Positions 47,101 to 53,860 of a stretch of DNA of 64,000 nucleotides are shown here, one piece after another. The DNA is from a virus, in the IMG/VR virus record IMGVR_UViG_3300034418_007243, positions 32,001 through 96,000 of that record, one strand, 5' to 3'. The position numbers and the translations under genes are program-made. The notes below the pieces were generated by a model. It searched no databases. It saw nothing but the letters and a program-made list of their open reading frames with translations, and was not told the DNA's origin. Numbering within the stretch: position 1 is the stretch's first letter; each line of letters begins with the position of its first letter.

Positions 47101-50056
47101 AGATTTTACTGCTGAAGAATTTAAAGAGTATAAGAAGTATATATCTAAAAAAAATATAGCTAGAGGAAAATTATCAGGTACAGATAGATCTAACTTAATT
47201 AGATTATATAAACAGTTAGGTGAGCTTACATCTAGAAGTGCAACAGAATATTATGTTGATATAATGAATAATTGGCTGTCTAAATTAAATACAAATCCTT
47301 TATATCTAGAAACTGAAAGCCGTACTATTGAAACTCATAATGCTGACGTTATACTTCAAGATTATTTGATTAATCCTTTATTAGCAGAAAATGAAGAATT
47401 CAAAAAATGGTTTGAAGCTAATCATATAAGAAAAGAAAAATGGAATGCTGAAGAAGGAGAGATGCAAGAAGTATGGGAAAGAATATATGCTTGGAATGTA
47501 ACAGAGCCTTCTGACCCTTCAATGTATGAAACATACACAATAAGAGATAGTGTAGGTAATGTTATTGATACTATGAATGGTATGCCTACTATGAACTATT
47601 ATTACAGAGCAGTAAAAAATAAATATAAGACAAGTAAAGTACAAGGAGTTACTATTGATAACAGAGGACGGTGGTTGCCTAAGTCTAGAGAAGAAATGGC
47701 TAAATCAGATGTTGCGGATAAGTATAAGTATATTAATGAAGAGTACTATGAACTGCAACAAAACAAACCTGAGTTATTTGCATTACTAGAAAAACTAAAA
47801 GAACACCATCTTAAAAATCAAGAAGGTCTTGGAAGATATTCCAAATTATATTTGGATATGCCACGTTTTCAAAAAGACAATTTAGAAGGTTTACAAAGTA
47901 CAAGTTTAAATGATGCTAAGAAAAAAGGCTATACAGGTTTAACTTGGTTAGCTAAAAGAATTAGAGGCTTTTTTAAACGTGAAGCAGATGATGCTGATCA
48001 AGGTTTCAATGAGAATCTAAATTTTAATTTAGTACGTGTAGATATGTTTGATAATGAAATTACAAACATTCCTATAGCTGGTTTATATAATTTAGATTAT
48101 GATGATGTTTCTACAGATATTACATATACTATGATGAGGTATATGTTTTCTGCAGAACGTCAAAAACAGTTGATTAACATCTCACCTTTTGTAAGGTCTG
48201 TGCAAAAAACTGTAAAGGATAACCCTATTATTGATACTAAAAAAATAGATAAGGATAATTTCTTAAATAGAAATATTATAAAGTATATTCCTAAAGGAGA
48301 TAAGGTTAGAGAAAAAGCAATAGACAATTTTATTTCTAGAGAGTTTGAAGGACAGAACAAAGCAGGTGTTGCAGCTGATAGTGTCTTTCTAAATAACTTT
48401 TCTAATCTATTATTTAAGAGAGCATCATTTGCTTTCTTTGCATTAAACATACCATCAGCTTTAAAGAACTCTTTAGGTATGAAGTTTCAACATATGATTG
48501 AAGCTGCAGGTGGTGAATATGTAGATATACCTAGTTTGGGTAAAGGAAAAATGTGGGCGTATAGAGTTATGGCTGAATACTCTGGTAAAATGCTATACCA
48601 AAAAAGAGGAGCTTTAACATTAGATCATCAAATTGTAGAAATCTTTGATCCTATACAAGATAGATTTGCAGAGAAGTTTGGTGAAAGATTATCTAGAACT
48701 GTAGCATCTGACGCAGCAGGTTTAAGTTGGTTATATAGCATACGTAAATGGGTAGAAGCACAAGCAGCTATGGAACTGTTTGCCGGTATGGCTTACAAGC
48801 AAAAAATAAATAGACGAGTTAATGGTGAAGTACAAGAAATAAGTTACTTAGATGCTTGGGAACTAAACAACGATAAACAGATAACATTAAAGTCTGGTAT
48901 TGATGTAAGATATGGTAAAAAACCTACACTACATAAATTAAAAGCAGGTGATACTTTGCAATCACTATCTGAGAAATATAATGTCCCTCTTGAAGAGCTT
49001 GAAGATATTTTAGGCAAGCAAAACTTCCAAGAAAAAATACTTGAAGCAGAAAGTTATGAAGCAGATAGACAACAAGAACTAGATGATATAACTCCATTAA
49101 CTGAGGATTCTGATTTACTTGAAAGAGAAAAGTATCAAAATGCTGTAGATTTTATTAATAAAAAATATGATCAAAAAGTAGAAGATACACTTACTATTAA
49201 AATAGATAATACTTTATTTAAGTTATTTAAGAATAGACAACAGCAGGTGCAGAATGATATGGGTGGTGCGTATGCTAAATTTGATCAACCAGAAATGCAA
49301 AGATATTTATGGTTTAGATTTGTTTCTTATATGAGAAAGTATTTTACTACTATGGCTCTTAAGAGATGGGGATTTTCTGGACGTTTATTTAATCCAAGAG
49401 CAAGACTTAATCCTGGATTAGGTGAAGCACAAATGGGTTATTATATTGAAACTGGTAGAACTCTTATTAATATAATGAGAACAGGCGGTAAAGAATTAGC
49501 ATATTTAACATCTTCAGAAAAAGCAGCATTAATGCGTTTTGGTACAGAGGTTGTTATGCTTTGGCTTACAATGATGGCCTTTGGATTATTTGGCTGGGAT
49601 CCTGAAGATGAAGATAGAATTGCTAAACTTAGAGCTAAGACAGGAGCATTACCTTTTCCTTTTTCAGAAACAGATCCTAAAAGACCCTTTAATCTTAAAG
49701 GTTACTTAGATGTACATGCGTTACACTTACTAATGCAAGTAAGAGCAGAAAATGAACAGTTTAATTTATTGACTGGAGGTGTGCAACAGTATGCGTCATT
49801 AACAGATATTAAGTCTGTAGCATTTGGACCTACTATGGATTCATATACGCAAATATACAATGACTTAATGAACATTATGACAGGTAGTTCTAAAGCTCAG
49901 TATACAAGAAGAATTGGACCTTATGAATGGCAACAAAAAGGAGGATCTAAATTACTTGCACACTTAGCAACAACTGTAGGCCTTACAGGTAGTACTGTAG
50001 ATCCTGTTAAAGCTGTTCAAGGTTTCCAAGCATTCCAGGCTAAAGTTAAGAGATAA
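44156..50056 (+). CDS. Large cargo protein with zincin motif and LysM-like insertion
   Basis: 1966 aa; HEFAH..EE at 44597; HKLKAGDTLQSLSEKYNVPLEEL at 48932; hydrophobic C-terminal helices. Confidence 0.7.
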   Translation: MPTCPNINSPEWKALVNNPNIGTFQAYKDFFESGTIRSEQEILDKLEQREMTPINRGISEPNTQELYEEYGMKFELSLNIDSIKQDRATEFADRLSNALGIDYEMITASEAQEITKDAQNPWSGQSAFFFGDKVYFINNRMTTDLVFHEFAHPLVRSLAKQNRKLFENLFNQVQQSKEGQDIINSVLEKYTELDPNSDLFKEEVIVQALEKSYKDKSANIKSSSPFTKAIKNLLYAIKQAIRQVFGKSLPVSKLSAETTLNELANMLEQGEKFSLEKQLITNEDIVAYNKEMINTLTKELQSVEKQDIQASINSFYDKLNIQIEMLKKNKNLDELARIILYTTGNENIFDMKRDLQAYQSKVVRETEKLQDEIAEYRTRVKALANSMYTLEVVLSKMKNHIKDLEKNAETREAMHKAHYYDKIINYWDGFIQEIEKTLSDANVPNDAKIVSLVNSIRRSIRTSKDGINKMMEEGAIDGLWQQLAPMNKDIGERYERIIAELKRKKAPREKINRIFKEYHGMTEEQYNRFKELSNKKAKDGLSVKEDQELATLQGLSKSGLSISKEKIRGLIKGEIGDANYFNSYLEGYLYNTDPIIGGLALYTKNALNEVMIVTQSKMNTFAEELRPLLEAAGYNPTNKGKLGEDVGFLDTVARFNPETGVMEEKKVWTFLNPFKNYRYDEDRLERNLADAYDNWIINNTDAAKKEYLDAKAELREFKTTYMNQEYTSDFYARKERLQKTAVGREVLAYLEDFFQRLREVTEPNNTEIDKLDSYDIVQALWREYRQAHSMYDLNGKLKSNKPDPVTGISPLALAKEMRQYREEGRDFYEWKVRTNAFETAYRDYQQELLAEGVGENHPDYKARMDLWKQRNTRVVIKQEWYEEKRRILAEIKQILDKLNLPENERAKIDQGIVWEKILELTGLYRDQDGQIQGQELSEGSIQEVKALQEELERIKNTSVGNNGLTKIENERLSDLFNIRKERDFTAEEFKEYKKYISKKNIARGKLSGTDRSNLIRLYKQLGELTSRSATEYYVDIMNNWLSKLNTNPLYLETESRTIETHNADVILQDYLINPLLAENEEFKKWFEANHIRKEKWNAEEGEMQEVWERIYAWNVTEPSDPSMYETYTIRDSVGNVIDTMNGMPTMNYYYRAVKNKYKTSKVQGVTIDNRGRWLPKSREEMAKSDVADKYKYINEEYYELQQNKPELFALLEKLKEHHLKNQEGLGRYSKLYLDMPRFQKDNLEGLQSTSLNDAKKKGYTGLTWLAKRIRGFFKREADDADQGFNENLNFNLVRVDMFDNEITNIPIAGLYNLDYDDVSTDITYTMMRYMFSAERQKQLINISPFVRSVQKTVKDNPIIDTKKIDKDNFLNRNIIKYIPKGDKVREKAIDNFISREFEGQNKAGVAADSVFLNNFSNLLFKRASFAFFALNIPSALKNSLGMKFQHMIEAAGGEYVDIPSLGKGKMWAYRVMAEYSGKMLYQKRGALTLDHQIVEIFDPIQDRFAEKFGERLSRTVASDAAGLSWLYSIRKWVEAQAAMELFAGMAYKQKINRRVNGEVQEISYLDAWELNNDKQITLKSGIDVRYGKKPTLHKLKAGDTLQSLSEKYNVPLEELEDILGKQNFQEKILEAESYEADRQQELDDITPLTEDSDLLEREKYQNAVDFINKKYDQKVEDTLTIKIDNTLFKLFKNRQQQVQNDMGGAYAKFDQPEMQRYLWFRFVSYMRKYFTTMALKRWGFSGRLFNPRARLNPGLGEAQMGYYIETGRTLINIMRTGGKELAYLTSSEKAALMRFGTEVVMLWLTMMAFGLFGWDPEDEDRIAKLRAKTGALPFPFSETDPKRPFNLKGYLDVHALHLLMQVRAENEQFNLLTGGVQQYASLTDIKSVAFGPTMDSYTQIYNDLMNIMTGSSKAQYTRRIGPYEWQQKGGSKLLAHLATTVGLTGSTVDPVKAVQGFQAFQAKVKR

Positions 50057-50081
50057 TACTTCTATAGCAGTCTTAGTTGTG

Positions 50082-50115
50082 AAAAAAAAAAGAGAGAAGA
50101 AAAAATCTTCTCTCT
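50082..50115 (-). terminator. Terminator at the convergence of the two gene blocks
   Basis: AGAGAGAAGA-aaaaa-TCTTCTCTCT stem with an A-run on its 5' side (U-tract on - strand). Confidence 0.75.
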
Positions 50116-50140
50116 AGACACATAAGGAATCAAGTTGGCT

Positions 50141-50878
50141 TTACTTATCAAATTTAGTTAAGTTATATTTTTTTATAATGCTTCTAAGTTTGCACTGATA
50201 GCAACTATTCATACAGCTTGTAGCATAAAGATACTTTCCTTTAGCTCTAAATTTTTTAGATTGTTCTACTGTACTGCCACCACATAAAGCTTTAATCCAA
50301 GATTTAACTGTAGGTTTTCCTTTTATTCTAGGAGCATATACTCTTGTTAAAAGAGATACATGACTTCTTAGCGAAAACCAATGAGATTTAAATTTAGTAA
50401 ACTTATCATCTAGATTATCATCAGCTGCTACTAAATATCCTAACTCCTGACCACGGTACTTATGACCAAAAAGATTATTGCCTTCTACGGCTAATCTTGA
50501 TATACCAAAGTTACTTTCTAATATGGCCTGTGCTATTACAATACTAGGTTTTATTTTAGGATAAGACTTGACTTCTTTCTGTGTAGCTTCACCTATAAAA
50601 TTAATGAACTCTTGAATATGTATTTCTTTCCAAGTTTTAAATCTTGATCTTACAATATAATCATTATACTTTATATGTTCTCCTCTCCATTCAGAAGCAG
50701 TTAACCATTTTCTATTTACTGGTAATGCAAAAAGATTGTACTCTGTATCTTTGCTGACATCATATCTGCCAGCATAAACTTCAGTACCAAAATCTTCTTT
50801 AACTTCTTTTTTATTAGTTGATATAAAATTTAAACTAAATAAGTATATAGCTATAGTAGCTAAAAACTTCTTAGTCAT
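50141..50878 (-). CDS. Glucosaminidase (GH73/FlgJ-like) peptidoglycan hydrolase with N-terminal hydrophobic segment
   Basis: IAQAILESNFG.S.LA..GNNLFG.K, F.KF.S, YATS..Y motifs. Confidence 0.85.
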   Translation of the reverse strand: MTKKFLATIAIYLFSLNFISTNKKEVKEDFGTEVYAGRYDVSKDTEYNLFALPVNRKWLTASEWRGEHIKYNDYIVRSRFKTWKEIHIQEFINFIGEATQKEVKSYPKIKPSIVIAQAILESNFGISRLAVEGNNLFGHKYRGQELGYLVAADDNLDDKFTKFKSHWFSLRSHVSLLTRVYAPRIKGKPTVKSWIKALCGGSTVEQSKKFRAKGKYLYATSCMNSCYQCKLRSIIKKYNLTKFDK

Positions 50879-51081
50879 TAGGCTTGATTAAGCATTTTAG
50901 ACCAACCAATAGCAGCTTCTTTAACGTGAGCCATATATCTTAGCTTTTCTTCTTCTGTCTGTTCTGACTTACCAACTTCAAAAGCTCTTTCTATTGCTTC
51001 AATATATTCACCTAAAGTAAACAATCTAGCTTCTTCTCTAATTCCTATTTGAGCAAGATTGTTTTTAAATACATCTGACAT
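50878..51081 (-). CDS. Hypothetical protein
   Basis: 67 aa, stop overlaps start of the downstream gene. Confidence 0.55.
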   Translation of the reverse strand: MSDVFKNNLAQIGIREEARLFTLGEYIEAIERAFEVGKSEQTEEEKLRYMAHVKEAAIGWSKMLNQA

Positions 51082-51102
51082 AATTATTGTAGTTTAATTA
51101 GG

Positions 51103-51131
51103 AAAAAAAGGAGAGTTAAAAATAACTCTCC
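51103..51131 (-). terminator. Rho-independent terminator
   Basis: GGAGAGTTA-aaaa-TAACTCTCC with U-tract on - strand. Confidence 0.7.
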
Positions 51132-51158
51132 CCAAATTTCAAATATGAAAAACGATAG

Positions 51159-51461
51159 CTAATCTTTAACAAATTGTCCATCAACCATTTTACCTGTTCT
51201 ATCTTTAATAGTATGCCAGGCTGATTCAAGACAATCTTCAAGGTTCATATCTTGCATGTGAGCTTGTATCAATAGTGTTACCATTATATCTCCAAGCGCA
51301 TCTTTAATTTCTTCTTTGTCATCTGTTATTATAGCATGACATAGTTCTGATAATTCTTCTACAGTTTTCATAGCTTGTGCATAAGGTTTAGGATCTTTTA
51401 GTATTCCTTTTTCTTCTGCCCATGCTATAATCAAACATTCTAATTCATAATAGTCCATCAT
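51159..51461 (-). CDS. MazG-like nucleotide pyrophosphohydrolase
   Basis: WAEEKGI..Q..KT.EELSEL..EIKDALGD..VTL..CLE.AW..IKDRTGKMVDGQFVK. Confidence 0.85.
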   Translation of the reverse strand: MMDYYELECLIIAWAEEKGILKDPKPYAQAMKTVEELSELCHAIITDDKEEIKDALGDIMVTLLIQAHMQDMNLEDCLESAWHTIKDRTGKMVDGQFVKD

Positions 51462-51503
51462 ATCTTTGATTTTGTGTATACAATATATTGAGATAATTTC
51501 ATA

Positions 51504-52337
51504 TTAAAAAATATATCTTATAGTATTTAAAGGAAAATACTGACTATATATCTTTTTAAATTTATCAATATATTTAGTTTTATTTTTTATTGGATAACGC
51601 ATTACTCCTGATTGATTTTTTATTTCATTAGAAAACCTCATAAGTTCTCTAGCTTCTGGAGATGCTTTTTGCATTTGTAATGGATGATTAGTTAATGCTA
51701 TTACCTCACATTTATTTACACCAGCTAGTTCTTTTACATTACAAAATAAGTCATCATACTCATATGTCCAGCCTGGTACAAATATTACTGGGCTATAGTT
51801 TATATGTACTTCCCATCCTAAATCAATTAATCTATCTATATCATATATTCTAGATATAATTTTTTGCATTTTAGGTTCTAGAATATCTGAATATACTTGA
51901 GGCATTAAACTAACTCTTACTCTTGGTTTTTTGTTAAAGTTATTTACATTAAGTTTCAACAGACCAGGGTATTTAGTAGCCATTGTTGTATTTAATCTTG
52001 GATGATCATCATACCGTTTAAGATAATTATATAAAGATTCAGGAAGATGTTTTTGCATAAGTACAAGATCTGTGTTACATGCAATATCTACCATAGTATA
52101 TACAGGGTCCTGTTGATCTGGTACTTTTGTATAACCTTTTTCCCACTCTACTACAGATTGAAATATGTCATCTACATTAGTATTTACAAATACTCTTTTA
52201 CCATTATACCTAGACATGTAACAGTAAGTATCAACACAACCTCCGTAACAACCATATATTAGATTGGGTGCTATACAATTAGCACTATTATTATTTGGTT
52301 TTGTTATTAAAGTTTTTGTTTTTTGAGTTTTTATCAT
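51504..52337 (-). CDS. Spore photoproduct lyase (SplB)-like radical SAM protein
   Basis: APNLIYGCYGGCVDTYCY Cys cluster, then C.TDL, ATKY, RVRVSLMPQ..LEP..R, G.EVHINYSPVI as in the SPL family. Confidence 0.75.
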   Translation of the reverse strand: MIKTQKTKTLITKPNNNSANCIAPNLIYGCYGGCVDTYCYMSRYNGKRVFVNTNVDDIFQSVVEWEKGYTKVPDQQDPVYTMVDIACNTDLVLMQKHLPESLYNYLKRYDDHPRLNTTMATKYPGLLKLNVNNFNKKPRVRVSLMPQVYSDILEPKMQKIISRIYDIDRLIDLGWEVHINYSPVIFVPGWTYEYDDLFCNVKELAGVNKCEVIALTNHPLQMQKASPEARELMRFSNEIKNQSGVMRYPIKNKTKYIDKFKKIYSQYFPLNTIRYIF

Positions 52338-52515
52338 AATTATATGCGTTCATTATTCTTGCAGGAATTACTTTTGTGTTATTGCATCTATCACAACATC
52401 TGCCATTATTGATAGGTTGAGCATTATGTCCCTTGTCAAATACAACTTTTTGCAATCCTTCTTTGTCAGTTATAACATTACCTAAGATGTCTTTATTACA
52501 GATACTACATTTCAT
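52291..52515 (-). CDS. Small Zn-binding protein
   Basis: MKCSIC...GHNAQPINNGRCCDRCNNTKVIPAR; start moved from 52554 to the MKCSIC Met to reduce overlap. Confidence 0.65.
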   Translation of the reverse strand: MKCSICNKDILGNVITDKEGLQKVVFDKGHNAQPINNGRCCDRCNNTKVIPARIMNAYNYDKNSKNKNFNNKTK

Positions 52516-52528
52516 TTTACTTTTTATT

Positions 52529-52885
52529 TTAATACATTTTGGATATGGATTCATCTATACCATAGTCAATCAATACCTGCCTCCCTTGATAAATTCCCCA
52601 ATTCTGATGATTGTATAGATCGCAGTTATAAAAGTCCATGTGAGGAAATGTGTTTTTGATTTCAAATATATAATTTTCTACAAAATAGTTAATCTCTGTG
52701 CATCTTTTTTGGATCACTATGCCAAACCTGGACCAGACTAAAGGAGCCAATAGTTTTCTGCACTTACCGGATTCCCATACTGCTTTTTCATTTTTACCCT
52801 GCAGATACCCTCTGCGATCTATAGGTATTTTGATGGCATATTTGCCTATCAGAAAAACTACCCTTGTTGATATTTCAATTCTCAT
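52529..52885 (-). CDS. Minimal protein-kinase-like protein
   Basis: STRVVF..YAIKIP (Lys), NE (helix C Glu), DLYNHQNWG (catalytic loop D..N), LIDYG. Confidence 0.65.
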   Translation of the reverse strand: MRIEISTRVVFLIGKYAIKIPIDRRGYLQGKNEKAVWESGKCRKLLAPLVWSRFGIVIQKRCTEINYFVENYIFEIKNTFPHMDFYNCDLYNHQNWGIYQGRQVLIDYGIDESISKMY

Positions 52886-53045
52886 CTAAATGTTTTTTTA
52901 GTCTATTAATTATTTTAGTGGCTAATTTACCCTCTTGAGAAGAAGAACCATTTTTAAATTTAATAAACTCATAGACACCAACTATGTCCTCTATTTCTTC
53001 CAACCTCAATTTTACTTTTACAAAATTATTTTTTTTGCTGATCAT
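52875..53045 (-). CDS. Small hypothetical protein (56 aa, not in ORF track)
   Basis: MISKKNNFVKVKLRLEEIEDIVGVYEFIKFKNGSSSQEGKLATKIINRLKKHLDEN*; ATG supplied by the repeat copy at 53043-53060. Confidence 0.55.
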   Translation of the reverse strand: MISKKNNFVKVKLRLEEIEDIVGVYEFIKFKNGSSSQEGKLATKIINRLKKHLDEN

Positions 53046-53232
53046 CTTTGTTTTGGTTTTCTATCCATCTTCTAAATGCTATTGCTACATCTCCATCATG
53101 CCAATTTTTTTTATCAGCAGTTTCTTCAACATCTTCAATAACAAAATTTAATATGCTATCAAAATTATTTGGAGTGTCTATATTTAGTCTGTTAAAAATA
53201 TCAATCAACATACTTGCTATTTCTTCTTTCAT
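53026..53232 (-). CDS. Small acidic hypothetical protein
   Basis: 68 aa; starts at a repeat ATG and reads through the next repeat as NQNKD. Confidence 0.65.
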   Translation of the reverse strand: MKEEIASMLIDIFNRLNIDTPNNFDSILNFVIEDVEETADKKNWHDGDVAIAFRRWIENQNKDDQQKK

Positions 53233-53398
53233 CTTTGTTTTGTTTTAATAAACTTCTCATTCTACTGTTAACATAATCTTCAGTTTCATCTCTTTCCAAC
53301 CCTGCTTCCATCATTTCTTTATTACCTTGACCATGAATAAAAGCCTGTTTAATTTCCTTCTCTAACTCTTCTATAGTTATTTTTATCTCTTCACTCAT
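53201..53398 (-). CDS. Small acidic hypothetical protein
   Basis: 65 aa; starts at a repeat ATG and reads through the next repeat as KQNKDE. Confidence 0.65.
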   Translation of the reverse strand: MSEEIKITIEELEKEIKQAFIHGQGNKEMMEAGLERDETEDYVNSRMRSLLKQNKDERRNSKYVD

Positions 53399-53413
53399 CT
53401 TTGTTTTGGTTTA

Positions 53414-53528
53414 ATGAGTATCTGGTAGGTAACAGATTTGAACTGTTTCGGGTTCAGGCTTTTTTCACCTTGAGTCGCACCACCCCTTTCTCCAATGTCT
53501 GTCAAGTCAAACCCTACCATCTACTCAT
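53414..53528 (-). ncRNA. tRNA-like structured RNA (non-canonical)
   Basis: On - strand: acceptor-like GGTAGG/CCTACC-A, T-arm AACAG-TTCAAAT-CTGTT, outer stem ATGAGTA/TACTCAT; higher GC than flanks; no canonical D or anticodon arm; reading frame closed. Confidence 0.55.
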
Positions 53529-53540
53529 TTTTGTTTTGGT

Positions 53541-53765
53541 TTAATTCATTAATACTTCTACCCAACCTTTCTCAGAATGTTCTACTTCTGCATCAATACC
53601 TTGATTCTTTAATTTTGTAGCAAGTTTATGAGCAGCTCTCCACAATCCAGGTTCGGGCATCTCATCATGTTCATCATCATAGCAGATAGTACCTCTGCAC
53701 TCATAAAAATTGTCTTCTGAATTATACTCAAAAGTATATCCATCAATTGTTTCTTTCTTATTCAT
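53541..53765 (-). CDS. Small acidic hypothetical protein
   Basis: 74 aa; its TAA lies in the first repeat copy. Confidence 0.65.
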   Translation of the reverse strand: MNKKETIDGYTFEYNSEDNFYECRGTICYDDEHDEMPEPGLWRAAHKLATKLKNQGIDAEVEHSEKGWVEVLMN

Positions 53766-53815
53766 TTTTTTTTATTTTAGTTATGATATTTATTTATCTA
53801 GGCTTAGGGATAGCT

Positions 53816-53850
53816 AAAAAGAAAGCAGAGTTGTTAAGACTCTGCTTTTT
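53816..53850 (-). terminator. Terminator (possibly bidirectional)
   Basis: AAAGCAGAGT-tgttaag-ACTCTGCTTT flanked by A and T runs. Confidence 0.75.
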
Positions 53851-53860
53851 GATTTAACTA

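Larger units (their letters stand above)
53043..53544 (-). repeat. Four copies of a 19-bp motif TTAAA(C/A)CAAAACAAA(G/A)ATG
   Basis: Copies at 53526-53544, 53396-53414, 53230-53248 and 53043-53060 (slightly degenerate 5' end), each ending in ATG. Confidence 0.9.

Noticed and set aside
1363-48450. Short ORFs in the track lying inside long + strand genes (e.g. 1363..1605, 2795..3064, 13314..13583, 21008..21397, 23410..23634, 44769..44957, 48160..48450)
   Set aside because: Antisense or off-frame shadows of long coding genes with biased F/L/S/I composition and no motifs
51458-51502. 14-codon mini-ORF (MKLSQYIVYTKSKI) between the SplB-like and MazG genes
   Set aside because: Too short to support; could be a remnant or chance
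53423-53518. Canonical or suppressor tRNA
   Set aside because: No recognisable D-arm or 7-nt anticodon loop at the right spacing; kept only as tRNA-like RNA
53043-53544. CRISPR array interpretation of the four repeats
   Set aside because: Repeats are 19 bp and non-palindromic; intervals are over 110 bp, unequal and mostly protein-coding; no cas operon
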